Shown piece after piece: positions 12,201-26,094 of a stretch of 64,000 nt of DNA. Source of the DNA: Phoronis australis (lineage: Eukaryota; Animalia; Phoronida); NCBI GenBank assembly GCA_002633005.1, contig NMRA01000059.1, positions 895,150 to 959,149 of the forward strand. The letters are read 5' to 3'. The notes beneath the pieces are model-generated. The model made no database searches. It had not been told where the DNA came from and saw nothing but the letters and a program-made list of their open reading frames with translations. The translations under genes and the position numbers were made by a program. Position 1 is the first letter of the stretch. The number at the start of each line of letters is the position of its first letter.

Positions 12201-14864
12201 TCTTGAAGTGGACAATGTGTTGACTACATTTTGAGAAAATCACAATATATTATGTGTCTTAAAACTCGTCTCACTCTTTTTCAATGTAATATTAAACTAG
12301 ACATCATGAACTGAAGATGCACGGTGAACTTAGGACCAAGACTACAAAACAGAAGAGTCAAACAAAACGTACGTCCAAGCCACACGGGTGCCACACATCA
12401 ATCTGTTCATTTCTGTATCAATAAAATATCAAACAAAATTCCACCCGTTTTATCAGCACAACCCTTTACACAACTTCTGGCAATTTTTAAGTATCAGACG
12501 TTCATGAGCGGGAATCTATGAATCATCTCGTGAATGGTGTTGCCGCACTCCTCTCTCTCCCCATGGACAAGCTCATCACCAGTCTCTGGCTTCACTGGCT
12601 ATTTTTTTTCTTTTGCTTTCAGAAATTTGCAAGATTCGACACTCGCTTTCATCTTCAGCAACAATTTGTTTACTCCTCGTTCCCAGTGATTTCGTCCAAA
12701 AGTAGATGTCTGTATTTCAAAACCCTGGTAGGGTGTACCTTCACCCCGTGGGTAACATGTTCGTTGAAGCTCGCCTCACAATAAATTCAGTAAACTTTTT
12801 TCCTGAAATAAAAATAAAATCATTTGTAAAAATATCTACAACTAAAATAATAGCCTTGATGTACATGTAGTGCTCATGGTTATTTGATGGCGGTATGCTA
12901 TGCTATTGTTTAGTTTGATACAAAAGTAACAAAGAAACGACGCAAAATGTGATTAACTCACTGCACCACTCTTATTTTGTAACCTTCTTCACGTTTTTAA
13001 GTAAAAAGCTAATTACTGTTCTACATACCACGATGCGTTCCCGATTGCATAAACAAAACACAGAATTGCGTTCCCGGTAGCTTATCACTGCGTTCTCGAT
13101 CGCTTCTTTCAACATAAATGTGTCGATACTGACAGAACTACGAAAAACAAGCGTTGCGTTATATTTTCAGGCGTCATTTCTTCATAACTTTATGATAAAT
13201 TTATTGACATTGTGCCAAAAATAACCGCAATTTGCCGAAATTACATACAAATCATCTTCCGCTCATGCGATGCATCGGTTAACGTAATTTCTCTCCAATA
13301 ATTGGAAGACAGTAGCCTGAACCTCTACTTGGGCTTCCTCAGTGTGTTGCACCTTGAACTCGTGTCTGTTTTCACATTGAAAGTAAAGACAACGAAAATT
13401 CATCAAATTTACCCACCTTGTCTAACTTCGCTACTCACGCCAAATTTCGTTCTCGATCGCCTTCCGCGACTGTTCTCGCGGGTTGGTTGGGGTGTTTTCA
13501 GATGTTCGTTGTCTTGTATTATTTGTTCAATGCTTGCATGAAATGCTTTTGGCCAAGCAATATTTTATACTCTTAGACATTGCTGAGCATTTTGGTCAAG
13601 ACTGATTTTACTGGCCTTATACTCGAAATAACAGATGTGGGTCTTAAATTTCGGCAACCAATTTTAGACAAAAGTTGTGTCATGCTTGTTTCAAGAGGGA
13701 GCTTAAAAGTTTAACTTGAATTTTGTCATAATTTTGACTAACTTTGGATGTATTAAAGCTTGGAAATTGAGACAAATATCAGACTTCAGTCAAAAATGAA
13801 AAGTCAGTTTCTTGGAATCTGTCCATAGTCTTTCCACGTGCCACTTTCGTGCAATGCCACCAATTGTTGGTAGCGCCAACTAAGCAATGTCCTTGTGTGT
13901 GCTTTGTGCACGTGCTATTTTAGGGAGTGTTCGTGGTTTAAGTATCTGTTATAAAAACATAGCCAGGTACCTGTTACTTTGAACACCTTGGTGGGTTACA
14001 TCATTTTACTGTTATTCTACTTTGTTGATTTGTTGTACATAAATTATGTAGAGAAATGAAGCCTCTACAGTAAGAGAGTGCTGCAGCGCAACCTATTAGT
14101 ATTTCGCACTACTCAACATATTTCATGGTGTATTGTGGTCGGTGCTTTCATAAACATTTTGCTCCTGGTTATTTCAAAAGTAGATCCTAAATTTACCTGC
14201 ATCAGTATTTACTTCACTTTTGTGTAATCAGATTATCTCGATAGCAAATGTTACTTGAGAAATGTTTTGTTAAAAACGCCTTTCAATTTGTTTTTATTGG
14301 CCTTACTTGATACAGTAAAGGCTTAGTGGAGGCAGACTGGTCTCGGGCGCCAGTTTGTTAAAAGGTGGTCCAGGCTAAAAGCGGTCAGAACAGCACCAAT
14401 AGCAGGGCTTGGGATTTTCCTCTTTTAAGAACTTCCTCTTTTTTGGTTTCGATTTCCTCTTATTTGAATTCCAGTTTCCCCATATGCCGCATATGAGGAA
14501 ACTGGACTAATCAAGATTCTAAAAAACAAAGGGGTTTTGTGGCATTCCCAACACACAACTCATGATAACTGAAACTCAATTACGCTGAAGATTTTTAATT
14601 GGTTAATATACATCGGAAAAAAATCCCAGCATACAAAAATGCTACCAAAAAACACCAGATTTGACAGTTTTCTCCCCAAAACTACCACTTTCCTGCAAGT
14701 GCTAGAAGAAATCTGACTACAGATTCAGAATGCTCGTTCTCTCTAAATTTTAAAAATGTGGTCATAGTATGCGCTTTACCACATACTTTTTTAGCAATTT
14801 TGATCTGTCAGACAGCTACCTGAAATCGTACCCGTTTTTTCGGACAGCAGGCGACAGGGGTTAA

Positions 14865-15981
14865 AGTCCTTGTTGCAAACTGCCCATGTGGTTCTAGTAT
14901 CCGAAAATACTTACTACATAAATTCTTATTTTCGACACCCTTTCTTTATATTCTTTTCGCATTTCTTGCCAAAAGCGATTTTTAACAGTATTTGACCCTT
15001 CTCTCTGAGCGCATGATTACCGGTTGTCATCGGTTATTTCCGTACCCACATTTCCGGCTCATCAGTTCAGGAACTTGTCCTGAACGCCGCCATTTTTTCC
15101 TTGTAACTGAATGTGCTATGGCTTGCTCGAAAAGTCTTCATTATTTTGTTTTATTAGTAATATATCGTGATTCGTTTGCATATGTAGTGTATTTATAGTT
15201 TGTAGTTAGTGGTCGTTGATTTTTTTNNNNNNNNNNNNNNNNNNNNNNNNNNNNNNNNNNNNNNNNNNNNNNNNNNNNNNNNNNNNNNNNNNNNNNNNNN
15301 NNNNNNNNNNNNNNNNNNNNNNNNNNNNNNNNNNNNNNNNNNNNNNNNNNNNNNNNNNNNNNNNNNNNNNNNNNNNNNNNNNNNNNNNNNNNNNNNNNNN
15401 NNNNNNNNNNNNNNNNNNNNNNNNNNNNNNNNNNNNNNNNNNNNNNNNNNNNNNNNNNNNNNNNNNNNNNNNNNNNNNNNNNNNNNNNNNNNNNNNNNNN
15501 NNNNNNNNNNNNNNNNNNNNNNNNNNNNNNNNNNNNNNNNNNNNNNNNNNNNNNNNNNNNNNNNNNNNNNNNNNNNNNNNNNNNNNNNNNNNNNNNNNNN
15601 NNNNNNNNNNNNNNNNNNNNNNNNNNNNNNNNNNNNNNNNNNNNNNNNNNNNNNNNNNNNNNNNNNNNNNNNNNNNNNNNNNNNNNNNNNNNNNNNNNNN
15701 NNNNNNNNNNNNNNNNNNNNNNNNNNNNNNNNNNNNNNNNNNNNNNNNNNNNNNNNNNNNGACGGCGTTTTCTCGGCCTGGGTTCCTGAATGAATTGTAC
15801 TTCCGGGTTCGCGGCAAGTTCAAAATGGCGGTGTTTCTTCGGGTGCGAATCGTGAGTGACGCGTTCATTTAAACTGTTTTCGAGAACGGATCGTGTATTA
15901 GTTATGGGGTAGGTACTTCTTGGATCCTTATAACATCTTCTAACCATGTAATAAGGGTTAACAAAGCGTTAGAGAAGGACT
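14865..15981. mobile_element. Probable non-autonomous Kolobok element spanning the N gap
   Basis: TTAA|agtcctt ... aaggact|TTAA inverted termini with TTAA flanks. Confidence 0.5.
15227..15760. other. Assembly gap (N run)
   Basis: Run of n; the long ORFs over it in the track are artefacts. Confidence 0.99.
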
Positions 15982-17066
15982 TTAAAAGCAAATGACAGCC
16001 ACAAAAATAGGTCACGGATAAGAAAAAACTTGGCTTTTCTCATTCAAAAACATAAGTAAATCAGTTCCCTGGCAATTTCAACAAACTCCTCAAACCACCC
16101 GCCAAGCCTGACACAGGGCTCCCAACATACTTTCTAAAATGCCCTGTGGCCGCCGCAGTCTAACTGTTCAGTGCTACCAAAAGAGTGTAGTATCAACGTT
16201 ACATGTATGAAGGTCATGAAGTTAAATAAAACGTCGGGTTTAACAAAACTTTTGTGCAAGTGAACACTCTTTTGTGTATATACTATCGTGTTATGCTCAC
16301 TTGAGTATTTATGAAAGGCTGCACCGTCACGGTGTAGTCTAGTCACGAGTGTTTACAAGTATTCAACTTGTTAACCCCACTAGAAGTCACAAGGATACAT
16401 GAATACATCAAAACAAGTCACGTTTTCAAACAGTATTGGTAATAAAAACTACTACTGAATACTGAACGAATTGGCACACGAGAAGACATGAAAACACTTC
16501 AAGCTTCAGTCAAGCAGTATCGGAAGTAGAAATATTACTTTACAAGACGACCTTCACTAATTCATGTTACGTAGTGTCCTTGACTTCAGCATTAATATAA
16601 TCCTTAGTTGAACAAATAGTATTGTGACGTAATAGGATGGAAGGCGGGGTTGGTAATCTCGTCCTGTTGAACATGTTGGTCATTTTTTATAAAAAAACAT
16701 TCGAACAAATTATTATTAGGTTGTTTTTTAACACAAATCCATGCAGACGAATGTTTTCGGTGACTGGTGAAAATCAACTTCTCATGTTGTGACTGAAAAT
16801 TCCAAAGAAAAAATCGAAGCGAACTTTTTCAACTATCTGACAGCCTTTTTTCAGTTCACTCAGGACGGTTACAGCAGCCATACAAAATGAATTTTGTGAC
16901 AGACGGCTACGATAAGGTCGATGTATTGCTTTGAGACCTTCTACAGACCCCGGCCACTGTCACAAGGGATTATGTATTTTCACCGCCCCTGCTCGGCCAG
17001 CCTACGTACCTCCCTGCTTGAGGAAATTTGGAAGTATACATAATGTGGATTTTTCGTCTACCGTCA

Positions 17067-17563
17067 TTTTCCCGTTGATCCCAACTTGTTTGATTCTATA
17101 GCCCAACAACAAGTTGGGAAGATGATCCCTGTAGCCAATACCTTACACGACTGATTAACTCCATTCTGACATTTTTGGTTGGAGGGCCATCTCTCTTTTG
17201 TTTGATAATTGCTCTAATCTCCAATAAGATCCTATCTAGCCTGACTGGGCTGTGCTGTTAAAACTAAAAGTTAAGTTATAACATATTTGAACATAAACCA
17301 ACAGCATTATTTTCTGAATTCCTCGTCAAATGGAACATCATGTTTGGTTTTTGAATCGCCAAAATCGCCTAGACTACAACCGAAGTTACGACAATCTATT
17401 CTTTCAGAACATAACCAGTTCGCTCTGGGTTTGACTGTGTTCTCACGTGGTCTGTAATAAGCCTGGTAGATAATTGGCTGTGCTTGGTAGTTAACAAAGG
17501 GGCTAGATGTTGTCACATGCTCACAACTCTCTACGTCTGGTAAAGTCACTGAATAAGAGGACA
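17067..17563. mobile_element. Dispersed ~500-bp MITE, copy 1
   Basis: Colinear similarity to 28567-29070. Confidence 0.8.
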
Positions 17564-18434
17564 CCGTAATGATGTGGTCGCGTGAACAGTTGTTATTTCA
17601 CGTATAGCACTCAGGTGGCCCTCCCGCTGGTCGCCCCCTATTATGGTCCGCAGTAACAACTCTCGGAAAATTACGGAGTATTCTTTAACAATACTCGATA
17701 ATGCGCGTAGGCTGTCATTAGGCTGTATGGCGTACTCAAGCTTACTACCCTAGCGGCCATTGACATGGTGTTCGTGACGAAAACACCTAGCGTTTTAGGA
17801 AATGTAATTAGGACATCCTTAGGCTGCAAGGTGCATTCACCCAACTACAAGAGCCATTGACCTGGACTTCGAGACGAAACCGCGTACGATTCTTCAGGAA
17901 AATACATTTTTAATATGCTTAGGCTTTAAGTTGTATTCACGGCGTGTGTTTATGGCGTTTAAATAACACCGTGCTTCGCATGGGTACCAGCTACAGTAAG
18001 GGAATCAGCTTTCGCCAAGCTTACGCTAGACATACATGTAGGAAGTTGGCCTGGTGATGCGTGCTTGAGTTAGGAAACATCACATAAAATCTGTGCCGGT
18101 ATCAATGCTTCTAAGTAAAGTTATTCGTCATCCAATTTTTTGTTTAGCGCATTCTCCGTTTTGTAGTTATTTCATCGTCCATGAAGTATTTACAGGCAAT
18201 GTGTCTTTATTACCATACCTCAAATTCATGAATGTACGTTTCACGTGTTTAGCTGTAGTGAAAAAAGACCTCAATCAAATTATCTTGGTGCTATTCCCAT
18301 CTGATCGAGTAGAGCATGGAGTCGACTGCTGTGAATGTGGCAATGAGAAAGCGTAGTACTGAGCCTCGGCGTGTAGAATTCAGCAGCTTCTGCGGAACAC
18401 ATGTCTCGCCACTGTTTAACCTGTCGCTTCAAGA

Positions 18435-18558
18435 GGGTAGAGTTCAGTAACGCTAACCAAAATCAGACTTCTGATTTAAAATACATGCCAACATCTCAAG
18501 CAATTTCGCGCGATGTCTTGCTTTTTTAGAGAAGTCCTAGCCTTACTGAACTCAGAGC
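18435..18558. mobile_element. Short Harbinger-like MITE (GGTAGAGTTCAGTA family)
   Basis: TIRs gagttcagtaa / ttactgaactc; four copies in the window. Confidence 0.7.
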
Positions 18559-21220
18559 CAGTTTGCCGTTGCTTCCATCAGATTTGGGTTACCTGCAAAA
18601 TGCGGGCTTTTTGGCCAGTAACAAAGAATGGCTGCCAGATTGAGTCCAGTTAGGTTTTTTTAACAGGTTTGGCTTTTCCGTTGTGGAAAACACTGACTAT
18701 GTGGCATGTTACACACAACAACATGAAAGTGTCAGCATGAACACATGACTGCTATTCTAGACGTGGTCAATCTTATTTGATAACTTGAAAACTTTTAACC
18801 AGAGGGGTCATTCTGCACCAGTCCAATAAGGCAAAGGTTGACTTAGATAAACAAAGTGAACACCTGACCTGACGCTGGACGCCCCAAACACTTACAACAG
18901 AGACCGTTTGTTGTTTGCAATTGTGTCTACTGTTTATGACCATAATATTCCACACCAAGACTTATTCTAGAACAGGACTCGCGTAACGAACGCCGAAATG
19001 AAGGTTTAAAACGGGAAACACAAAACTTTTTAGCAGTTGACGCTTTGGGTTAGTAGTTGTAGGCCTACGCCACGGAGACCAAGAAAAACCCCGGCGTGAC
19101 TGTGCATGGCCTTCGGTTTGTTTTTTTGCAAAACTGGACGAAAAGTAGAATATCATGTATCTATTGCACTGCATTAAAGACTGGAATAAAGACTGAGATC
19201 TTGGCCACTTAACTCTAATACTTTTTAACGAGAAGAATAAGCAAGCAACTCGCAGTCCCGTCGTCGTGGTTTCGCTTTAGGTTCCTGCAGTACGTGACCG
19301 CACCACACCGATAACTCTTACGCGGCTACCAACGGGAGCTTATAAAATACCGAGGCTACCCCTTCAACTGACTCAACTTTCGCAATATTATTCATGGTTG
19401 ACATTTTTTCTTCGATTTCACTGGACGGCGAATAGTGAGCAACAGCCCAGGGGGCGTAAACTGTAAACTGAGAGTGAGCCTGGGAACAAATGAAAACATT
19501 AACGACCTCCTCAGAGGCATCTCTCTACGCGGTACTTCTAAACTTATAGGAACATAATTTGCCGAAAAGTATCCGGCATATGAAGTACCTATGGTATGAT
19601 CATCGTCTCTACTGGGTCAGCAGTATTGTCTAAGGCCTAGGCAGCCAAGGGGCTGAACAAGTTAAAAAACAACTGGTGATAATACTGAAACACACATGGA
19701 AAACAATAAGAGGTATTTTTAAAAAACACGTAACTGTTTTTGAAAACTATACTTCTTTCTCTTTCTTGAAATGTGGCCCATAATGTACTTTTTCTGCTAA
19801 GAAATGATGCACTCATGTTTCAGAATGTTCATATCTTGTTCAGGTTAATTTGGTTTTTCAGATTTTGGAAGTAATTGATTTTCGTGGGAAATCTTGGATA
19901 ACATCTGTATCACTTTCAGCAACTTCAGCTTTAGTACTACTGTTGGTGCCTTGAAACGTTGCTATGCCGTTCTATGTCCTTTCAATTTTTTGGTCTGACA
20001 CTTGGTCTTCTAGTCTACAGCACTCAGCAGTATACTGTGTAGGCTACCAGGACATGCAGATGTTTTCTGCACAAACGTTTGTGACACCTCTTCTTCTTTT
20101 TGATCTACTGATCTNGTCACGTGACGTTTGTTTTGAAGTTCGCCTGCGTATGAGAGTGAGTGAGCGTGCGCGTGCGAGTCATCGACGACAGACTTTTTTG
20201 TTACAAAAGGCGGAGGATTATGCAAGAAAATGGCGTTTACTAGATTGTTTTTCACTTAAACGGATGCAACGTGCAAGGTGAGTGCTGGTTAACTCACAGA
20301 TTTTATGTGCACAGGCCGACAGTCGTTAGCTCTACCGTGGAGTGTTAATAGTCCAAGGCTCGATCTACATGTTGGGGACGAGGTGAACTACCCGGGCTGT
20401 GTGAAATTTCTGGGTCTAACGGAGACACTGACGCAGTGGTCAGCCAGCTCGCTGTATCAAGACTATAGTCAAAACCCAAATTCGTTTTGTCGTGTCCCTG
20501 TCAATAATAACGGCATGCTAAAGTTTCTTAATTTTCGTACTTCAGGAACATAACAATCACGTGTTTTGTACACATACGCGCACGCCGCAGATCACATCTC
20601 GGAAATTGCCGATTTGACGGGTGACAATGAATGAGCACAATGAAATTAAACAACGTCGTTTTACAGCTTGTAAGATTCGTAAGATTCATAATAAACGTAT
20701 TTTGAATATTGCAATGCATGTGTTCCAAAATATAAATAACTTGGGTCCTATATTTTTGTATTCGTGCGCGCCGAATGAAAGTAATCGTGAGTGTTGCTGT
20801 GTTGCAAACTCTTTTATCCTGGGCCGATTTGAAAAATTCAAAGTTGTACTCATATTTGTTTTCGCTCCTCTTTTCAAATATTACAGTAAAAACTACGCAA
20901 AACTCTCTCCATAAAAATTACAGTCTGCTAGCTAGATTGTAATCAGCTGATCATATCCGCATGAGCGAAGCCAATTATCCTCGCTCGTGACTTGATGAAT
21001 AGAGCAGCTTGGCGGCATCCCTTTGATGGTGAGTCGAGCGCGACTCAGACAAGGTGGATAAATACGGTCTAGTTCAATTTTCCAAACCCCACCGTTTACT
21101 TTGACAAGCGGGGTTAGGACCAATCTTATTTAGTGGGACTGTTTATAGCATGTGTTCCACAAACGACTGAGCTTTCTGTCAGCCAACACTGAATTAGCAT
21201 GCGCTCACACGGCCTCGGTG

Positions 21221-22003
21221 CCCGGTGAATTACTTTTGTTGCCAGCATCAAAAGTCGGTAACGCAGTGGTTTCACATTGCTGGCTTCTCAAAACATTTGC
21301 ACTGACGAGCACTCCAAAGCATTACAAATTGTATCTAATGAGACAGGCTTTGTTTCAGTCTCATATAAGCATTGGTTAGGATGAGAATAATTCATTTTGA
21401 AACAGAACGCAGAATAATATTAAACGTTTACATGGCAACTCGCCCGGTGCCAATGCCGACTTAGTCGAGAGTTCATCTGACGAAGACTTCACGGGTCGGA
21501 TTGTTGGGTTTCACAGGATATCAGTTCAAACCGGAATACATTGATCAGGAAATACTAGAGACGAGGCGCCGTGAACATGCACAGGCAACGGAACGTATAG
21601 TTTTTTTGGTAAGCCGGAATTCGTCAGAGAAATCACTGTCGACGAAATGCCGGCCACAGACACGGAGATGTTTCACGTCCTCATACTTGCTATCAACAGC
21701 TTACCTTTCATTCTTCACTACCGCGAGCCACTTCCTAAGCATTTCGGGTTCTCGAGGAAGTCGAAAAAACGATATACCCGCTTTCTTCGCAGCTCCATAG
21801 TTCGGACAAGCGGGAACGATGCACGCAATATAGCGCCATTCACTCTGCAGACGAACCACTGACGTCGCTGCGTCGTTTCTCACCTTCCTCACGGGTTAAC
21901 GCGACACCTCTCGGCAAGGTGGGATCGATCGTATAAGAGGCGATGTAGATTTAGACCGATTAAGACTGTAAAAAAGACTAATTAAATTGGGCAGCATTCT
22001 CCT
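21221..22003 (-). mobile_element. Kolobok deletion derivative with THAP pseudogene (partial copy)
   Basis: Ends cattctcct|TTAA. Minus strand CIVPACPN..ISFFRLPRE..RKWL..(stop)..RVCGRHF is a THAP domain. Colinear with 60218-60989. Confidence 0.8.
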
Positions 22004-22007
22004 TTAA

Positions 22008-22610
22008 AGCGTTTTCAAAACATCGTGACTGTGATTTTTTTTGGAAATTCCCTCACAAAGGAAAGTGAAGCTGAATGTGAAGCATATGAAGACTCCCTAG
22101 TCTGGCTCTCACAGCACACAACACCTGCAGACAGATCATTTCTACTTACAGACTCCCTCAGCCTCATTAGCAGGCTAAAAACTGGTCATGTGAAAGATTC
22201 CTGGATCCCTCTGTTCAGCTCCATTAATGGTCTCTTCACCAGTGTTTATATACCAGGACACTGTGGCATCTCATTCAACGTCAAGGCGGATGAGCTTGCA
22301 GGCATCGCAGAACCGATTGCCGACCTGCTCCTCACACCAGAAGATGTAATCTCCAGAGTGCGTGAATCGCTTACAGATGCCGAGATTGTACAACAGCAGG
22401 AGATGGGCAACAAAGCGCCTCATAGAGCGAGGGTGGCAATACGGAGATGCAGCAAAAACCCGTAACAGGGGAAAAGATCGAAGAGTGTGTAACCAGTACG
22501 AACTTGGTTGCATCTCCAAATTTACATTGCGTGCGATACTGGAAGGAGGAGGGCCAGAGACTATCCCGGTGCCTACCCTCTGACGTCACCACAAACAGAA
22601 AAAGAATAAC
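22008..22610 (+). mobile_element. Non-LTR retrotransposon 3' fragment with RNase H domain
   Basis: EAECEA...LTDSLS...YIPGHCGISFNVKADELA gives RNase H motifs; frameshift downstream. Confidence 0.8.
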
Positions 22611-22759
22611 TGTAGTAGACGTTGCGAGATGGTACAGTACATGTATTGCCAATTGTAAACAAAGACTTCTCCGAGTTTTGGAGTGCAAGTTTAATGTGTC
22701 AAAATATATCAATGTAGAACTTTACTAGACTATGTATAATGGCAAGCTATACGCGATAG

Positions 22760-23913
22760 TATATATAGATTATTACATGGCGAAGTCGTTATCCCCCGTT
22801 ATCTGGAGCCCGAGTGGATTTTGGAGAATTATCGCCCGAGGGGCGTCAGCCCCGAGGGTGATAATTCTACAAAGTCCACGAGGACTCTAGATAAGGGGGA
22901 TAACGACTGAGAACATGTAATAATCTATTTATACCACATACTAAACGAGAAACATTGCAATGAATCGATCTACCTTTCTCGACTCGCCTCGGCTTTGTAA
23001 CTACTTTCTATGTCAGAGNNNNNNNNNNNNNNGTCGACATAAATAATTGAGTATGTAACCTGCTGTTGAATTGCGGGATAGATTTTGACAGGTCCAGGTA
23101 TTTATTTCTGAAGTATTAATGTAATCTTTATTTATGTTAAAGGTTTTACTAGCGTCCTATTTATTTGTACACGAATGTGAATTTGTTAAAATCGCTGATC
23201 CAAATCCTGGCCAAATGTGCGCATTATGCCGAGACCAACCGTCTGATCAGGGCCACCGAAGAGTAATTTGGTTAATTCGCTCACTAGACTATGGCTGAAG
23301 GTCCTCGTAAGGACATGAGTTCACCAGTCACTACCATTAGAAGAAATTTAGCGGACATTTTTCGTCAAAAAGTTTACCAGCTAGTTTTCATCAAAACGGA
23401 GAAAAGAAAAATGGATTTGTGAAGACAGGATTAAGTAGTAGGCCTACCAGAGCCTTTTAAAAAACACCCATCTTCGAAGTGACGTGAATAAATGTACAAG
23501 TTTTTTTTGGAAGAACAACTTCCATTCACGTCGACGCGAGAACATAACTTTTTCTCATACAGCGGATTTTGGGGTCTCCGTACACTATGGAAGCTAACGC
23601 CTCTGCATTTCACCTGCGTAGCCGAACAACCGGCCACACAGCAGCCGACCATGATAAGCAGACGACGTACTTGCCGGAAATTACACCAGATAATTTAGCC
23701 AGGTGTCGCCAGTGAATAATGACGTAAGGGCTTGTGCGCAACCTCACAGATTTCGTCCATTGAAAGTATACAGAGTTAGCGGTCCATGTACTATAGTCTA
23801 TGGCAATACCAAGGTCCCAGGTTCGACTCCGTCCTCGGTTTCCCGCCAAATCGTTATCTCACTAGTGAGATAACTTTATGGGTTATTACACGCTAATATA
23901 GTGGTATAAAATA
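22760..23913. mobile_element. Crypton-like non-autonomous element with long terminal hairpin (contains a nested insert)
   Basis: Imperfect palindrome 22765-22928, then tatttataccac; its inverse gtggtataaa at 23901; perfect 22-bp palindrome 23853-23874. Confidence 0.55.
23284..23799 (-). mobile_element. THAP-encoding DNA transposon derivative (ISL2EU/Harbinger-like)
   Basis: Termini tagactat / atagtcta; ORF 23652-23431 MVGCCVAGC..VSFH..YSRHFEDGCF; partial second copy at 48713-48895. Confidence 0.65.
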
Positions 23914-26094
23914 CCATATGTGTCGGAAGTTACGTGTCAAAGAACATTGGCTGAAAAAGACTCCTTTAAAACACATTATGTGAAACTGACAACTTTAGCC
24001 CCAGTGACTTATACGCACGAAAATATTCAGGGATCGTCTTAACCCAAATACTGTAAATACTGAATGTAATTATTATGATCACTACAGAATAAAATGGCTT
24101 GTGGGCAACGACCCCTTAGTAGGCTACTAAACAAAATACAGCACAACAAAACATGCTAAATATCCAGAGTTGTAAGACATAGAATCAGGGAAAATACAGA
24201 TATAGTCAGCAAATAGGGACTGTCTTCTTTACTCCATTGCTATTTTACACTAAGAACACATTTGGAGCCTTAAACCAAAGGAGTAGCGAAAGCCCAAGCT
24301 AACAAGCACAAAAACATGGTATTAGTGCAAGACTTGGAAAAATAATGATTTACCTTGATTCTGTAGATGATGAGCTTTTCTCTCACATCAACACATGTGT
24401 AGATGACACTTGATTTTAGCTAGAATGACCTTTATTGTTTTACCAAAAATACAACCCTTGAATGATGCTGAGACAAGATGCATGACGCACCCTTCCCGCC
24501 CAGATGATAATTGGCCTTCGTCCGACGGTTGGAGTTAGCTAATGCGAACACAATAGCCCATTGAATTCCATGACGCACCCTTCCCAGCTGAAAATTGACC
24601 GTCGCACGGCCTTCGTCCGACCAATGAGCTATACCACAAAATATTTCTCCTTATTGGGTAATATGTTATATACTGAAACTTGCGTTTTATTAAAACAAAT
24701 TGATTGTGGTACATTTTGGCCTTTTGGCAGGAAATTATAAGTTGCCTCATGGCGGCGAATCACTTTATACCCTTTGTAAATTCTTGCGCTCTGCTCGTAC
24801 ACAAGGTGGTAAATATTTATATTAATAAAAACTTTATTTACTGGCCTAGAAAGAAAATTCAAAGTTCTAAAATGCTTAGTTTTTCGCGAGGAATTCGGTT
24901 AATCAGGTAGATTTTTAAAATAAACTTTTATTTTCTTTTGCCAACAGTCGACAGGCACGTAGCTGTATGGCATAATGAGGTGTCATTAAAGGATTACGTA
25001 CGTGACCAAGCAGCTGGACTGCATGACGAATCTATTCCTGCTGAAAATTCAAGTCAAAGCCCAATTAGATTTGTTAACTGAAGCGCAAGTTTCAATTACC
25101 CCATTCCCTGCCAACACAATAGAGAGCCAGCTGGCTGGCCTGCCTCAGTTAAGATGGCATCATAAAATTCTCCAACTGAATAGGACTACTTGTGACCTTC
25201 TTTTTGACCTGGATTTTCATATGGAGGAGCCAGAAACCTCTTATATGGAAGTTACATTGGCTGAGAACGAATTTTGTAGAAACGATACATCCAAATAGGT
25301 TGGTTGCACTTACATTGCAATTATTTTACAATAAATGAAGTAATATGAAAGATAAGCAATATATCTAATCACACAAGTTTTTATTTTTAAAACATGCATA
25401 CAAATAGATATAATAAGAAAAAGGAAACAACTTTACCCAGAAAATAAACATGACTGTACAATACTCTAGTTTATAAAAAATAATACTGAGAACCTAGGGA
25501 CAAAGTGAGATCTGTTAAAAAATACACTTAATGCTGCGCATCAAAATATATAAATACCTCAACTTACATAATATACACATGTTTAGGTTATGAGCTTCCA
25601 AGTTAACAAAATATGATCAACAAAATACTTATTGTAGAAGGTAAAAACATACCAGTACCATTTTGATGATAGAAAAAATTATGCATACCTTTAATCGCAT
25701 TTGTTTGGGACAAAATATGAGTACGAACTTTAAAATCAGCGCATATGTGAACAACGGCAACAATACCAACAACACAATACTTGTAATTGGAGGTAAAAAC
25801 TGACCATTACAATTGTGATAATAAAAGAAACCGATGAATATCTTTAATCACATTTGTTTTTAGCCAAAATATGCTTTTAAGGGGCCTTCAACATCAGGAT
25901 GCAATACAGTAGAATATAATACATAAAACAATAATTAGATACAGGTAACAAAGCAGCAATTAATAACAAGTTAAGGGTGAAATTTTGACTAGGAGAGATG
26001 AAATAAAGAGATGATACTAAATACTGAGGGCATGAACAATAATGAAAAATGATATAATTAAGAAAGGTAAAGTGTAAGAATGGGTAAGTAAATT

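Noticed and set aside
12480-13520. Exon-like minus-strand segments (acceptor near 12803)
   Set aside because: Stops in all three frames and no recognisable domain.
15141-15947. Long ORFs of 194-268 aa in the track
   Set aside because: They are mostly X residues from the N gap.
20932-21123. Possible Penelope GIY-YIG C-terminus
   Set aside because: Similarity too weak to support by eye.
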